Positions 16,795-27,200 of a DNA stretch of 64,000 nucleotides are shown one piece after another; positions within the stretch are counted from its first letter, which is position 1, and each line of letters opens with the position of its first letter. The position numbers and the translations under genes are program-made. Origin of the DNA: Candidatus Cloacimonadales bacterium (GTDB lineage Bacteria; Cloacimonadota; Cloacimonadia; Cloacimonadales; JAFGVF01). Location of the stretch: positions 1,536,001 to 1,600,000 of the forward strand of contig OY782781.1 in NCBI GenBank assembly GCA_963678315.1, in the 5' to 3' direction. The notes under the pieces were generated by a model, which saw only the letters and a program-made list of their open reading frames with translations, searched no databases and was not told the DNA's origin.

Positions 16795-17018
16795 TTTCTC
16801 GTTTATTCTTTCCATTTTAAAAGACCCAGCTTAGTTAAATTTCTCGTTTATTATTGCGAACTTTTAGCTAAACTAGGTCTTAATATTTTTTCTCGTTTAT
16901 TTCTGCGAAATTCTCAAAATTTCCACTTTTTTCTCATTTATTGTAAATGTCCATAAACCCCAACAAAGCCACTCACAACACAGCAGAACCCGTTTTTTAG
17001 TTTATCTCTTTTATTCTT
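16795..17018. repeat. Prophage terminal repeats, putative transposase-binding sites
   Basis: TTTCTCGTTTATT-type direct repeats at 16795, 16840, 16889, 16930, 17003. Confidence 0.75.
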
Positions 17019-17210
17019 ACCCCCCTTAGAAAAGTAGTTTTTCTTAAAGGTTTAAGTGAAGACATAGGTTCTAGGGTATGCTATGTGTCTTCTTCCTTGT
17101 GGTATATGCAATAAGTCCCTCCATAAGGCAAGGGTAGGCAGACTAAGCTGACAATCTGCTGTTACTATCAAGCTAATAATTATGTTAGTAAAAAAAATAA
17201 TTTTATAAAA

Positions 17211-17238
17211 TTGACACTTTTAAGTGAAATTGTATAAT
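17211..17238 (+). promoter_or_regulatory. Sigma70-type promoter
   Basis: TTGACA-N16-TATAAT upstream of the 17263 gene. Confidence 0.7.
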
Positions 17239-17262
17239 ATACCATAAGTGATAGGTGGTGAA

Positions 17263-20200
17263 ATGAATAAAACTAAGAAGATATACAAGTTGATAATTCT
17301 CATAATTGTAATGATGCTACCGCTTGTTTTAAATGCAAATGATATAGCACGAAAGCAAGTCATAGTTGTGCAATCATACAATAATCAATTTCCTTATGTA
17401 AGAGAGATACAAGATGGAATTAATAATGTATCTAAAACATATAAGAAATTTATGGATATTAACACAGTATACATAGATCTTGACAAGGAGGGTTTTAAAG
17501 AATCAGCCAGCAGATTGAAAATGTATTTATCTAATTTTTCGAGCATAGATGGGCTTATTGTAGTTGATTCACCTGCTTATGATGTCTTGACAAGCAATGA
17601 ATTTATATCTTTTAGAAATGTTCCGATTGTAATAGTTTCAAATGATGATATCAGACACTCCAACTATTCCTATTTCAAGAATACTATTCTTCTTAATGAA
17701 GAAGTATCAATTGGACCAACCTTATCCCTAGCTGTAAAGTTGTATCCACAGGCTAGAAATGTATATGTCTTAACAAACTCAAATTCAGAAGTTTATCATG
17801 GACAATATATGCAGATTGCAGAGTCTTTCAATGAAAGCTCTGAATACAATATTGAATTTGTTGATAATATGAAATATGAAGATTTTGTAAAATTTGTTGA
17901 TTCTATTAGGAATGAAAGTATAATAATTCTAGGATCTTATGAATTTTCTGATGGGAGTAGCAACTTTAATATTGAAATCCCTTTAAAGCTTCTGTCAAAC
18001 AACAAAAACAATAAAATATTTACAATATATAAGCATCATATTTTAGGAGATGTGATAGGTGGAAGTGCTGTAGATTTTAATTTTCTAGGGCAAGAATCAG
18101 TTAGATTAATAATGGAGTTAATTAGTAAAAGTTCAATAAAAAAGAGTTTTGATGTTGTATCTTTTAAAAATGAATATTATTTTAATAATGATGCCTTAAA
18201 GAAACTCAACATTTCAAGAGATAAGTTACCTCTTAAAAAAGAAATTATTGGTTTAAGCAACTGGAAAAAAGAGAAGACTAGTCCGATAATTATAATTATT
18301 TTAACAATCCTAATAATATTTAGTTTGCTTGTAACCATACTAGTTTTCCATTATAAAATTTCCTCCCTCAATCAGAAGAGAAGGAACAATAATATACTTG
18401 AAGTACTAAGATTTGTTTCCGAAAAACTATCATTAGGATTTTGGTGCTATAACAATAAGAAACAGAAGATCAAAAGCTCAAAATATTTATCTCAAATAAT
18501 AGACTTAAATGATTCTGGTGTTTATGGTATTGACGAAGTTAAGTCTTTTTTAGATAACTGTAAATTTGAAAGAAACAACATAGATGCTGTTACTGAACTC
18601 TTCACTAAGGGTGAACACGAAAGACCATTCACATATATTAATAAACAAGGTCTATCATACAATCTGACGAATTTCTGGAAAGTATTTGATGACACAGAGC
18701 ATATATTTGGTGTAGTGAAAAATAACCAATTAGATATTGATAAGAAAAACGAGTTAGATTATTATAAACAATATAAAATTGTTTTAATTGAAAACAGTAA
18801 TGATTGTATAATTATAACTAATTCAAAAGGTGGATTGCTTAATTATAATGATAGTGCACAGAAGCTTGTAAATAAGTTATTTCAGCTTTCCAATAGTAAT
18901 AAAGAAGATTCTACTATAATCGAAAACTTTTTGAAAACATACCTAAGTAAGTATATTCAAAGAGCTAAGTTTAAAAAGCAGATAAAAGATAGTTTCTATG
19001 TTGAGAGTATAAGTAATTTTCTTGAAGTTAGAATTACTACTTATGCAAGTAATTATGATAAAGAGATTATAATTATCATAAAAGAACAATTTACTCAGAC
19101 AAATTATACAAGTTTTCTCAACATAATTGATAAAAATAATGTGCAATCTTTACTTTCACAAAATATATCCTTCTGGGAATATAGCTATGCTTCAAAGGAG
19201 TTTGCCTTTAGTAAAAATGTGAAATATCTTTTAGATATTGAGACTAATATAGAGCAACTATCTAAAACAGAAATACTAAAAATTATCAATAGCAAAATAG
19301 GACATGAAGTATATAGCCAAATCCGTAGCCATATTGAAGATAATAAGAAGAACATTTATGTAAAAGCAGAGTATAAACCAAATAGTACTAGTATCCATTG
19401 GCTCAAAATAGTTGGTAAAAGAGTATTCAACTCAAATCTAAATTGTTATCTCATTGTTGGAATTATTGAGGATATAACAGAAACTGAGGAAATTAAGCAT
19501 AAGACTGAGCAAGTATTAGCTGAGTTAGATGAACGTGACGGAAAGATTAAAGAATTAAATAGCTCGATTGAATCAATTAAACAAGAGATAGAAAACAAAT
19601 ATTGTTCCAAGGTTGATAGGCTATTAACAGAGATTGAACATTTGAACTATATGGACGATTCAATACTAGATATTAAGACTGATTCGGTTATAAAGAAGTT
19701 GATTACTGGAATATATCATAAGGTTAACGAACCCATGAGTGTTCTCAACCTAGCGATGCAGTCTATTTATTTAGAGCTTGAAGATATATTTGTTAAACTA
19801 TATGAGCTGTCAGATAAATTATCAACAGATGAATGGGGACTTGTTTCTAGCTTATTTAAGGAAGTAATAAAGAGTCGTAATAAAGTAGATCCAGATGAAA
19901 GAATAGATGAAAATGAATTACTTGACAGTGAAACAATTATTGAGAATTCCTCTGCTGGTTCTTCAATCAGATTGTCTAATCTAATAGTACTACTAGGCTA
20001 TCAATCAAGGCTTAAAGAAATAAAATCACTCACGTCAAGTGTTCATAATATTGAGATATTTACATTGTTAGTTAATGCAAAGAATCTAATAAAACTCATA
20101 ACTTATAGTAAGTTTAGCTCTAAGAAGATAAATCATTCCCTTGATTCATTAAAACTCTTACAGAATGGGACATCTGATTTAAGATATGAAAAGAGGGATT

Positions 20201-20619
20201 TAATAAGTGATGTTAACTTCTTCCTCGAACAATATAGCTTCCCTTTATCGAATAGGTTTGAGTTAATTACTGATTTTCCTAAATCATTAGAGTTTAACTA
20301 TAGTCACCTTAATCTTAAACTAGTTTGGGAGTATTTGCTTGACTATATTCTAAATAAAGCACGAACTAAAAAACGGTTAACAATAAGTATTCAAGATGAA
20401 ATAAATGAAGTTCATGTTTCTATGGAACTAGGAAGTAGCAAAAATAAACAAGGGATTATGTTTGGAGAGGATAACGCTCTTACGATGTCTTTACAAAATT
20501 ATGATAAAATAGAACTTGATATCTTATTGGCAGAAAAGATAATTAATAAGCATAATGGCAAAATGAGATTATTTAGTAAGAATAATATGGATGTCATTGA
20601 AATTAGATTACCAAAATAG
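17263..20619 (+). CDS. Membrane sensor, histidine-kinase-like (substrate-binding-type sensor, PAS-like domains, degenerate HisKA/HATPase)
   Basis: Signal/TM, SYNNQFP sensor motif, TM near aa 350, H-box-like GIYHKVNEPM, IINKHNGKMRL...IEIRLP C-terminus. Confidence 0.75.
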   Translation: MNKTKKIYKLIILIIVMMLPLVLNANDIARKQVIVVQSYNNQFPYVREIQDGINNVSKTYKKFMDINTVYIDLDKEGFKESASRLKMYLSNFSSIDGLIVVDSPAYDVLTSNEFISFRNVPIVIVSNDDIRHSNYSYFKNTILLNEEVSIGPTLSLAVKLYPQARNVYVLTNSNSEVYHGQYMQIAESFNESSEYNIEFVDNMKYEDFVKFVDSIRNESIIILGSYEFSDGSSNFNIEIPLKLLSNNKNNKIFTIYKHHILGDVIGGSAVDFNFLGQESVRLIMELISKSSIKKSFDVVSFKNEYYFNNDALKKLNISRDKLPLKKEIIGLSNWKKEKTSPIIIIILTILIIFSLLVTILVFHYKISSLNQKRRNNNILEVLRFVSEKLSLGFWCYNNKKQKIKSSKYLSQIIDLNDSGVYGIDEVKSFLDNCKFERNNIDAVTELFTKGEHERPFTYINKQGLSYNLTNFWKVFDDTEHIFGVVKNNQLDIDKKNELDYYKQYKIVLIENSNDCIIITNSKGGLLNYNDSAQKLVNKLFQLSNSNKEDSTIIENFLKTYLSKYIQRAKFKKQIKDSFYVESISNFLEVRITTYASNYDKEIIIIIKEQFTQTNYTSFLNIIDKNNVQSLLSQNISFWEYSYASKEFAFSKNVKYLLDIETNIEQLSKTEILKIINSKIGHEVYSQIRSHIEDNKKNIYVKAEYKPNSTSIHWLKIVGKRVFNSNLNCYLIVGIIEDITETEEIKHKTEQVLAELDERDGKIKELNSSIESIKQEIENKYCSKVDRLLTEIEHLNYMDDSILDIKTDSVIKKLITGIYHKVNEPMSVLNLAMQSIYLELEDIFVKLYELSDKLSTDEWGLVSSLFKEVIKSRNKVDPDERIDENELLDSETIIENSSAGSSIRLSNLIVLLGYQSRLKEIKSLTSSVHNIEIFTLLVNAKNLIKLITYSKFSSKKINHSLDSLKLLQNGTSDLRYEKRDLISDVNFFLEQYSFPLSNRFELITDFPKSLEFNYSHLNLKLVWEYLLDYILNKARTKKRLTISIQDEINEVHVSMELGSSKNKQGIMFGEDNALTMSLQNYDKIELDILLAEKIINKHNGKMRLFSKNNMDVIEIRLPK

Positions 20620-20627
20620 GAGTATTA

Positions 20628-21473
20628 GTGCAGAATAATCATATTGTCATACTTAGCTCTAGATTATCACTAGCAAACTCACTGCAAATCTTTATTAACT
20701 CATTTTTTAAGAATAGTTTTATTTGTAACCACTTTACTAATGTTGCAAGTTTGGAAGTTTTCTTAAAAGGAATTGACACAGACAGTAAGATTGAATTCTT
20801 TTTTTGCTCTGAGATTATTGGAGATACTACTGGCTTAGAAATAGCTAAACGCTTTGAAAAATACCTAAAAGGAAGCTCAAAGATATTAATCTATACATCT
20901 CTTGAACTTGTAGATATAGTATATTCGCATAAGCTAGATAATATAGATTATTTTATCGAGGAACCACTTAGAGTTTCAGAAATAGTCAACCTAATGAGAA
21001 ACTTAATGTATCAAAATGAGCTAGAAGCAAAGTTGAATAAAGAGACAAAGAAGAGTCAAAACATAAAAGAATCTCTTTCTGTATTAAGAACTAAGTTTGA
21101 AAACAGAACTAGAAACATTGTTCAAATACTGGAAGCTTTTGATTCTATACTTTGGCGATTAAACCTTAACAATAGTCAGTTTGATGTTTTTACTTCCGAA
21201 GAAACAATCTATGGTTATGAAGCAGATTACTTTGATAGTTTGGATAAGTTTATAACCATAGTAGAGCCTGAGTATCATCAGACTATTATCCACAATCTCA
21301 AAGCTCTAAAAGTTAAAGAAAAAGATGTGGCAAGCTTAACAATCAATATACGAAGGAAAGACCAGTCTCTTGTGAAAGTAAAGATTCTAGGAAGAGTAGA
21401 AAGCTATTCTGATGAGGGTTTTCCAATAGATATTGTGGGTATTTTATCCATTGTGGAAGATATTATTAGCTAA
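20628..21473 (+). CDS. Degenerate response-regulator receiver plus PAS protein
   Basis: REC-like pattern (TTGLEIAK..., IDYFIEEP) and C-terminal PAS/PAC (IRRKDQSLVKVKILGR). Confidence 0.65.
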   Translation: MQNNHIVILSSRLSLANSLQIFINSFFKNSFICNHFTNVASLEVFLKGIDTDSKIEFFFCSEIIGDTTGLEIAKRFEKYLKGSSKILIYTSLELVDIVYSHKLDNIDYFIEEPLRVSEIVNLMRNLMYQNELEAKLNKETKKSQNIKESLSVLRTKFENRTRNIVQILEAFDSILWRLNLNNSQFDVFTSEETIYGYEADYFDSLDKFITIVEPEYHQTIIHNLKALKVKEKDVASLTINIRRKDQSLVKVKILGRVESYSDEGFPIDIVGILSIVEDIIS

Positions 21474-21512
21474 CAATATTATGCTATTTCTACTCTTCTA
21501 TGAGATCTAGTT

Positions 21513-21755
21513 TTAAATATTAAGTAGTTTGTTAATCTTATTCTTATCAAAACCAACAACAACTCGGTTGTTAATCCATATTTGTGGAACTCCAGTTTTC
21601 CCACTCTTACTAACCATGTCTCTAAGAGCTCTCTGGTTTTTAGATACATCAATATCTTTGTAAGTAAAGCCCTTTTCTCTAATATACTGCTTTAGCTTTT
21701 TACACCAAGCACAAGTTGGAGTTGAGAATATTACGATTGAAATTCTCTTATTCAT
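21513..21755 (-). CDS. Glutaredoxin/NrdH-redoxin
   Basis: FSTPTCAWC, GVPQ, VVGFD. Confidence 0.9.
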   Translation of the reverse strand: MNKRISIVIFSTPTCAWCKKLKQYIREKGFTYKDIDVSKNQRALRDMVSKSGKTGVPQIWINNRVVVGFDKNKINKLLNI

Positions 21756-21766
21756 ACATTATCCTC

Positions 21767-22216
21767 TTATTCGAATATTAAATCAACTATACTCTCAAGT
21801 CCTCGTCTGTCATCATCATCAAATGAGTTAAGTTCTTTACTATCTACGTCTAATACTCCGATAATTGTATTGTCTTTTTTTATTGGAATAACGATTTCAG
21901 ATTTTGAGCGAGAGTCACAAGCAATATGACCTGGGAACTGTTCTACATCAGCAACAATCATAGCTTTTTCTTCATTTATGGTTGCCCAACAAACCCCTTG
22001 ATTCTTTTTTAAAACCATACAGGCTAATGGCCCCTGATAAGTAGTTACTGTAAGTTCACCTTCTTGTAAGAAGTAGAAACCTGTCCAGAAATAGTAGTCA
22101 AATTTATGATGAAGAAGAGCACATATTGAAGCCATTCTTGCCTGCGGATTACTAGTCTTGATAAATAATTCTTTAAGTTGCTTTTTAATTCTTTCATATC
22201 TTCTTATCTTCTTCAT
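21767..22216 (-). CDS. msrC: GAF-domain free methionine-R-sulfoxide reductase-like protein
   Basis: WTGFY, YQGPLAC, GVC, FPGHIACDSRSKSEIVIP, GVLDVDS. Confidence 0.8.
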   Translation of the reverse strand: MKKIRRYERIKKQLKELFIKTSNPQARMASICALLHHKFDYYFWTGFYFLQEGELTVTTYQGPLACMVLKKNQGVCWATINEEKAMIVADVEQFPGHIACDSRSKSEIVIPIKKDNTIIGVLDVDSKELNSFDDDDRRGLESIVDLIFE

Positions 22217-22228
22217 TGAAATGTCTCC

Positions 22229-23329
22229 TTAATCTACTACAGTATTTGTATTCATATTTTTTAAGAAATTAATGAGCTGATCTTGATTAGCAGATTTGCA
22301 ATTTCTTACATAAAAGCCAGAAGATGCTACTCCTGTATTGAGTGACTCTAAAGGACTTAATCCATTTAGGATACCATAGCAAAAGCCAGCATTGAAGTTG
22401 TCCCCAGCTCCGGTAGAAAGCTTTGGAGTTGGTGTAAAAGGACCATCAATCCATTGAGCATAATCTTTATGGCTACTTGAAGCACCTTTTATATCATGAA
22501 TAACACAGCTATATAAATCTAGTTTTTCTCTAATTGCACTTGCTCTGGCTGTTAAATCATCTTCTTTTATCTTAAGAATCTCTGCTATTAATCTAGATTC
22601 ATTAGTGTTGAGCCCAAGAATTGTCTTACTTACTTTAGCAATTTCTTGGATATAAAAAAGACCTTCACGTATATCTTGCTTATCTCTTTTAGTCGGATCT
22701 GCTAAATCAAAGAAGACAAATGGATTAGTCTTCAATTCTTTTAAAACTTCAGTAAAGCCTTCAATAATACTGTTCATCCCAAAAAGAGCAGTCCAGTTTG
22801 TAAAAGCAATTAAATCAGAATAGCCTGTGAGTTGTTTTATTTCTGCAATTGTACTTGCGTCGACAATATTTGCCCAGTTAACTTTAGACATTGAATCGGT
22901 TTTACCTAGCATAATTTTTCCATCATGAAATTCTAATGCATCAGTATGACCTGGTTCTGCAATTGATATAAAGTTACAGCATTTATCTATAAAATCTTGG
23001 AAAAGAGGATTTATGCTTTGTTCTCCCACAGCACCTATAAAGGTTAAAAAGTTACCTGTTTCAAGAAGAGCATTACCCATGATTGGGGCATTACCACCTA
23101 ACTTCTTCTGAATAGGCACTATTTCTATGTTTCCAGAAAGCCCTGCATAAGAGCCAATCCTTTTTGCGTAAGCTTCTATTGTATCAATTCTCTTGAATGA
23201 ATTTTGTGTTATTCTTTCATCAACTACATGACAAATCTCATCTATAAAACCGTCAAAACCTATCATTATTTTGTAACTATTTTCTAAGTTGCTTTCTAAC
23301 TTACTAATAATATTTTCTAATTTATTCAT
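22229..23329 (-). CDS. PfkB-family carbohydrate kinase
   Basis: GFDGFIDEI, GGNAPIM, STGAGDNFNAGF. Confidence 0.85.
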   Translation of the reverse strand: MNKLENIISKLESNLENSYKIMIGFDGFIDEICHVVDERITQNSFKRIDTIEAYAKRIGSYAGLSGNIEIVPIQKKLGGNAPIMGNALLETGNFLTFIGAVGEQSINPLFQDFIDKCCNFISIAEPGHTDALEFHDGKIMLGKTDSMSKVNWANIVDASTIAEIKQLTGYSDLIAFTNWTALFGMNSIIEGFTEVLKELKTNPFVFFDLADPTKRDKQDIREGLFYIQEIAKVSKTILGLNTNESRLIAEILKIKEDDLTARASAIREKLDLYSCVIHDIKGASSSHKDYAQWIDGPFTPTPKLSTGAGDNFNAGFCYGILNGLSPLESLNTGVASSGFYVRNCKSANQDQLINFLKNMNTNTVVD

Positions 23330-23402
23330 TTATAAACACACCTTTTACTTGACACTTTCTCAAAAACTAAGTTCTGATTATTAAAAAAAATAAGGAATAA
23401 GT

Positions 23403-24023
23403 ATGAAAAAGCTACAATATATATTTGAAATACTGGTTATTTTTATTGGGTTACCAATCCTAATGTATTATAATGCAATCCCGCTTCCAAGGTTATTAGT
23501 ATTATTATCTGTATTTATTTTAACTCTTATAATATCAATTAATCAGAAGTATTTAACTAAGTCCAGCTTTAATTTAAGAGTTGCTGATAAGAAGTACATC
23601 ATCTTTTCTTCTTTAGCATATTTAGGGACTTTTTGTCTTTTGGTTGCTTACTTACATTTCTTTAGAGCTGATTTACTCTTCAATATTATTAGGCATAAAC
23701 CAAAGCTAATATTTTTAATTATAGTTTTCTATCCTCTTGTATCAGCATTCCCCCAAGAAGTAATATATAGAACTTTTTTTATAAAAAGATATAAATCTCT
23801 TTTCAATACTAAGTGGCAGATGTTGTTAGTAAACACCCTACTTTTCTCATTTCTTCACATCATTTATGATAATTGGTATGCTATAATTCTCACTCTTGTA
23901 GGAGGATTTATCATGACATATAATTACTATAGAAATAAATCATTAATGCTTGTAACTATAGAACATTCTATTTTTGGACTAATTGTTTTTATTAGTGGAA
24001 TGGGGAAGTTCTTTTATGAGTAG
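23403..24023 (+). CDS. CPBP/Abi-family intramembrane metalloprotease
   Basis: QEVIYR, FSFLH, EH motifs in a multi-TM protein. Confidence 0.85.
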   Translation: MKKLQYIFEILVIFIGLPILMYYNAIPLPRLLVLLSVFILTLIISINQKYLTKSSFNLRVADKKYIIFSSLAYLGTFCLLVAYLHFFRADLLFNIIRHKPKLIFLIIVFYPLVSAFPQEVIYRTFFIKRYKSLFNTKWQMLLVNTLLFSFLHIIYDNWYAIILTLVGGFIMTYNYYRNKSLMLVTIEHSIFGLIVFISGMGKFFYE

Positions 24024-24125
24024 AACTACTTTCTAAGAGATTAAGAAAAGCATATTAGAAGCAGAATTTCTATGATTAAACTCAAGAAGCAGTGTTGAGG
24101 TTTTCTTGAATGTTTATCTAATTTA

Positions 24126-24173
24126 TTACTAGCCTCCTGCATTAAATCCACTATTAATGCAGGTGGCTAGTAA
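24126..24173. repeat. Dispersed palindromic REP-like element
   Basis: ttactagcctcctgcatta...taatgcaggtggctagtaa. Confidence 0.7.
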
Positions 24174-24210
24174 TTTTTTATTAAAGAATATGTAATTTAT
24201 GATAAAAAAA

Positions 24211-24229
24211 TGCCCCTCAATGAGGGGCA
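24211..24229 (-). terminator. Intrinsic terminator of C25 gene
   Basis: tgcccctca-a-tgaggggca with adjacent A-run (U-run on minus strand). Confidence 0.7.
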
Positions 24230-24286
24230 ATATATTTAACTATAATATTAAAGTTAAATCAATATTTCTCGATTACGCTCGAGAGA

Positions 24287-27200
24287 TTATTTTAGCATTA
24301 TAGCTTTTCTTGTAGATTGGAACTCATCAGTGATTAATCTATAGAAGTAGATTCCTGATGAAACCTTTTGGTTATTGTCATCATTACCATTCCAAACAAC
24401 AGTATGATTACCTTTGTCTAATCTATCAGATACAAGAGTTTTAACTTTTTGACCTTTAACATTATAAACAATCATTGAAACTCTGCTATTATTCTTTAGT
24501 GAGAAGCTAATAGATGTTGAAGGGTTGAATGGATTAGGAATGTTTTGAGATAATGAATTAACTAAAGCATATTCAACTTCATTATCTGTTGTAACTTCAA
24601 CATGCCAAGTAGCACTTACAGTGAAAGATCCATCAGAAGCAAGACATTTAACAGTGTATTCAGCTGATTCAGTAAATACATAGTCAAGAGTGTCAGAAAC
24701 TTCACCGTCAACAACTTCATTGTCAATTTTCCATTGATAAGTAAGTTCACTATCGATATCTTCTACATCAACACCAAAAGCTACAGTATTACTTTCTGCA
24801 ACAAAATCTGATGTTTCAGGGAACTTATGAAGTAATCTAGGTCTATCATTAACAGGAGTAACTGTTACTAGCATTGATTCACTAATCACAGTATCATTAT
24901 AAGGATCTTGTGCTGAAACTGTGATAGCTTCTGTACCATTCCAGTTCTCAGCAGGGATAAGTGTAGCAATACCTTCTTCATCAACTTCTAAGGTGATGTT
25001 TTCTGATTCTGAAAGAGTGAATGTTAATTCATCATTGTTAGGATCTTTAAATACTGAGTATAAATCAATACCTGTATAATCATGGTCTTCTTCGAATGTT
25101 ACATCATTAAGTTCTGAGATAATAAATGGAGGTAACTGGCCAATTCTTGTTGTAATATAAAGAGCAAATTCATCTTCTAATGGATGACAAGCATCTGGGT
25201 ATTGGTTGTTATAAGTATATTCTAAACCAATAGTACCTGTGTGGTCTTCAATACCAACTGTAGCATATTCACCATGTGAGTTACCACCAGTAGCATCTAC
25301 ATTATTAATTTCTTTGTATTGGATTTTGATTGGAGCATCACCAGTTGCTGAGCCATAGAAATCAGGGTCATATAAAATAACTTGGAAAGTTTCTAAAGCA
25401 CTTGAACTGTACATGTTTTGCCAGTTTTCCCATTGAACAACAAAGTAGTGTTCACCTTGGTTATGTGATATCCATGTATGTGTTCCAGAAGTTTGTTTTA
25501 AATCATCCCAGAAAGGAGCAACCATTGGAGAAGCACCTAAAGGACCAGGAATTCTCCAGTTTCTAAAGGTAGATTGTTCAGTTTCACCAAAAGATAACCA
25601 ACCGTTAGAACAAATAGAAATTTGATCATATTCAATACCGTAGAATTTGAAAGTGAAAGGTAAGTCAACAGTTTCAACTTTCTCTTGATTAGCACCATTG
25701 TCGTTTAATTCAACTTCAGTACCAGTTCCACCTTCAGAAGGATCAAGTTCAATCCATTCATAAACAGGACATTCATCATATTCAGTATCATAAGAATCAT
25801 AGATAACATAACCATAAGCGTCTGTTCCGTAAGGGTCAGTTTCATTAGCGATACCAACTTGAACATTCATACCACAGAAAGTTTCATAATCACCATCGTT
25901 AACAGTAACTGTTAATGGAATCATATTTCCTGGTAAGAATTCATTGCTTGCAGTAATATTGAAACTTACATCTGCAGTTGCACCGATAGCTAATGCACCA
26001 AGAACAGCACTATCAGTATTAATAGTAACACGACTATCTGGTGATGATAATACAGCAGTACCATTAGCAAAGTCGCCAGTACCAATATTCTCTAAAGTAA
26101 TAGTAATATCTGAAGATGCACCTGGAGCAAAGTTTGAGTTTGCAACTGAAAGCTCATTAGATTGAACAGCTGGGCAGTGCATATCTAGATTAAATTGTCT
26201 TTTCCATGATTCACTATTTGTAGAAAGTTCAACAGTCATTGGAACAGTTTCATCAAAAGTAGTATTAGGTATAGTGATTTCAAATCTACTAGTTGTAGAA
26301 CCAGTTTGTGTTGCAGCAATATCTTCTAAGTCAACAATAGGTGTATCAACAATGATACCATTAACGAAAGAAGTAAGACTTGCTGAAATATTAACTAAGT
26401 CAGAAGAACCATTATTGATAGCTGTAACATCTATTTCATAGGTCTCGCCAGGAGTAACAAAGTCAACTTCTGTGTCATTATGATAAATAGTTACATCTTC
26501 AATATTTAGGTTTGCAGCATCTTGACCAAACATAACATCAAATTGCTTAACGAAGTAACCTTCTTTTGAAATAGTTAGTTTACCAGCACCTGTAGCATCA
26601 GCAGGGATATCAAAGAAGATTTGTCCCATTGAATTCATGTAGCCAGTGTAATAGTTTTCACCAATATTAAGTGTAACCCATGCATCTTCGAATGGAACGC
26701 CGTATTCATCAGCCATTACAGAGTATTGGTTAGCACCAGCAGGAACATTTTCAATTACTGTTGCTTGATAGTTGTTTGGATATTCTTTCCATACTCTTAA
26801 TGAAGAATCACCCATTAAGTTACAAATAGTAGAGAAGAATTGAACTCTTTCAGGTTTAGAAATATGATAAGCTTGCCATAAATAGTTTTTACCTCTATTT
26901 ACAGCTCCACCCATTGTCCAACCACCTTCAGAGAAGATATGACCAAAGATACCACCATTAAGGCAGTTATTAAATGTTGTATGAGTACCTGATGTTGCAA
27001 GACCAACTGAGCAAACACCACCAGTTTGGTTAGCAGAAGTACCTGCTCTTAAAAGAGCTTCAGTATTTGATGTACCTGAGTAGAAAGTACCTGTTGAACA
27101 TGTTAGAATAACAGTAATAGCAGGCATGTTAGCGTTTGTTAGAGCATTGATTTGTGATTCACCAAAGCCTTCCATACCGATCCAACCACGATAGTTAAAG

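Larger units (their letters stand above)
1..17030. mobile_element. Mu-like transposable prophage (partial; continues before the window start, repressor-proximal end near 17030)
   Basis: MuF head protein, Mor-like, DUF3164, GemA, MuB ATPase, MuA DDE transposase, repressor; five direct repeats at 16795-17018 followed by host-type genes. Confidence 0.93.

Noticed and set aside
17040..17180. Possible ncRNA or riboswitch in hairpin-containing DNA beside the prophage end
   Set aside because: No recognisable family motif; cannot be supported without an Rfam search
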